Source of the DNA: Moniliella sp. 'wahieum'
Lineage: Eukaryota
NCBI GenBank assembly: GCA_003971905.1
Contig: RSEE01000004.1
Span: 930,001-994,000, forward strand
DNA: 64,000 nt
Reading direction: 5' to 3'
The translations under genes and the position numbers were made by a program. Below, one piece after another: positions 63,517-64,000 of this stretch (position 1 is its first letter; every line of letters starts with the position of its first letter). The notes beneath the pieces were generated by a model. It worked only from the letters and a program-made list of their open reading frames with translations. It was not told where the DNA came from and searched no databases.

Positions 63517-64000
63517 ATGCAGATTCCTGGCCGCATCTTCTACGTTTACTGGCGCTGCGAGTGGTCTTGGCGAGGCGGCCGCGCGCGAGCTGCACGCCAA
63601 GGGGGCTCTGGTTCTGCTCCTGGACCGCGATGCCGAGCGCGCGGCGAAGTGGCTGCGTCTCTTGGCCCGGCCCGTGCGCTGGCCGCTGGCGAGACGGACG
63701 TGCTGAATTCCGACCAAATCAACGCTGCCATCGCGCTGGCGGATGAGGCCTGGCCCAATGCGCAGCCAGGCGGAGTGGTGCATGCCGCGGGCGTTTCGGC
63801 GGCGCAAAAGACACTGGACAATGACGGTCAGCCGCACGACTTGGACCTGTTTCAAAAGGTGGTGGAGATCAACTTGGTGGCTCCTTCAACGTCGCTCGTC
63901 TGGTCGCCGCGCGCATCGTGCGCGACGTGCCCAAACCAGCAGTCAAGGCCACTGGCGAGTCGCGCGGGGTGATTATTCTCGTCTCCTCGGCAGCTGGCCT
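63517..64000 (+). CDS. Short-chain dehydrogenase, HSD17B10 / 3-hydroxyacyl-CoA dehydrogenase type-2-like; runs off the window end
   Basis: TGAASGLGEAAARELH..LLLDRD, TDV, VVHAAGV, PHDLDLFQKVVEINLVGSFNVARL, ESRGVIILVSSAA. Confidence 0.85.

Overview
Fungal genomic window, most likely a basidiomycete, judged from high GC, few short GT-AG introns, a single-chain ATP-citrate lyase and an intron-containing tRNA. Almost every gene carries 1-bp frameshifts that look like unpolished long-read errors, so gene models were stitched across frames by eye and their ends are approximate. About 22 host protein genes are recognisable: two C2H2 transcription factors (one Nrg1-like), mitochondrial bL34, an atypical Ser/Thr kinase, ACL1, MET1-type siroheme synthase, an Nst1-like protein, a B-type cyclin, a Tom6-like protein, GPI8, RNA15, PFD1, an NCBP3-like protein, an OSH/KES1 protein, a BLVRB-like reductase, a DUF3292-like protein, a histidine acid phosphatase, PMT2, ARF6, nitrate reductase and a truncated HSD17B10-like SDR. 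The window also holds one tRNA-Gly(GCC) and a complete, very young 5.27-kb Ty1/copia LTR retrotransposon (7921-13190, minus strand, CATGG target duplication). The best leads are four: (1) gag and pol of the element are in frame and separated by a single UAG, suggesting readthrough; (2) its primer-binding site is non-canonical and resembles a tRNA anticodon arm; (3) short tandem arrays of '6-bp palindrome + 1 nt' (period 7) recur in many intergenic regions; (4) an unexplained AT-richer island of about 3.8 kb has minus-strand splice signals and hairpins. All family assignments come from recalled motifs, not database searches.
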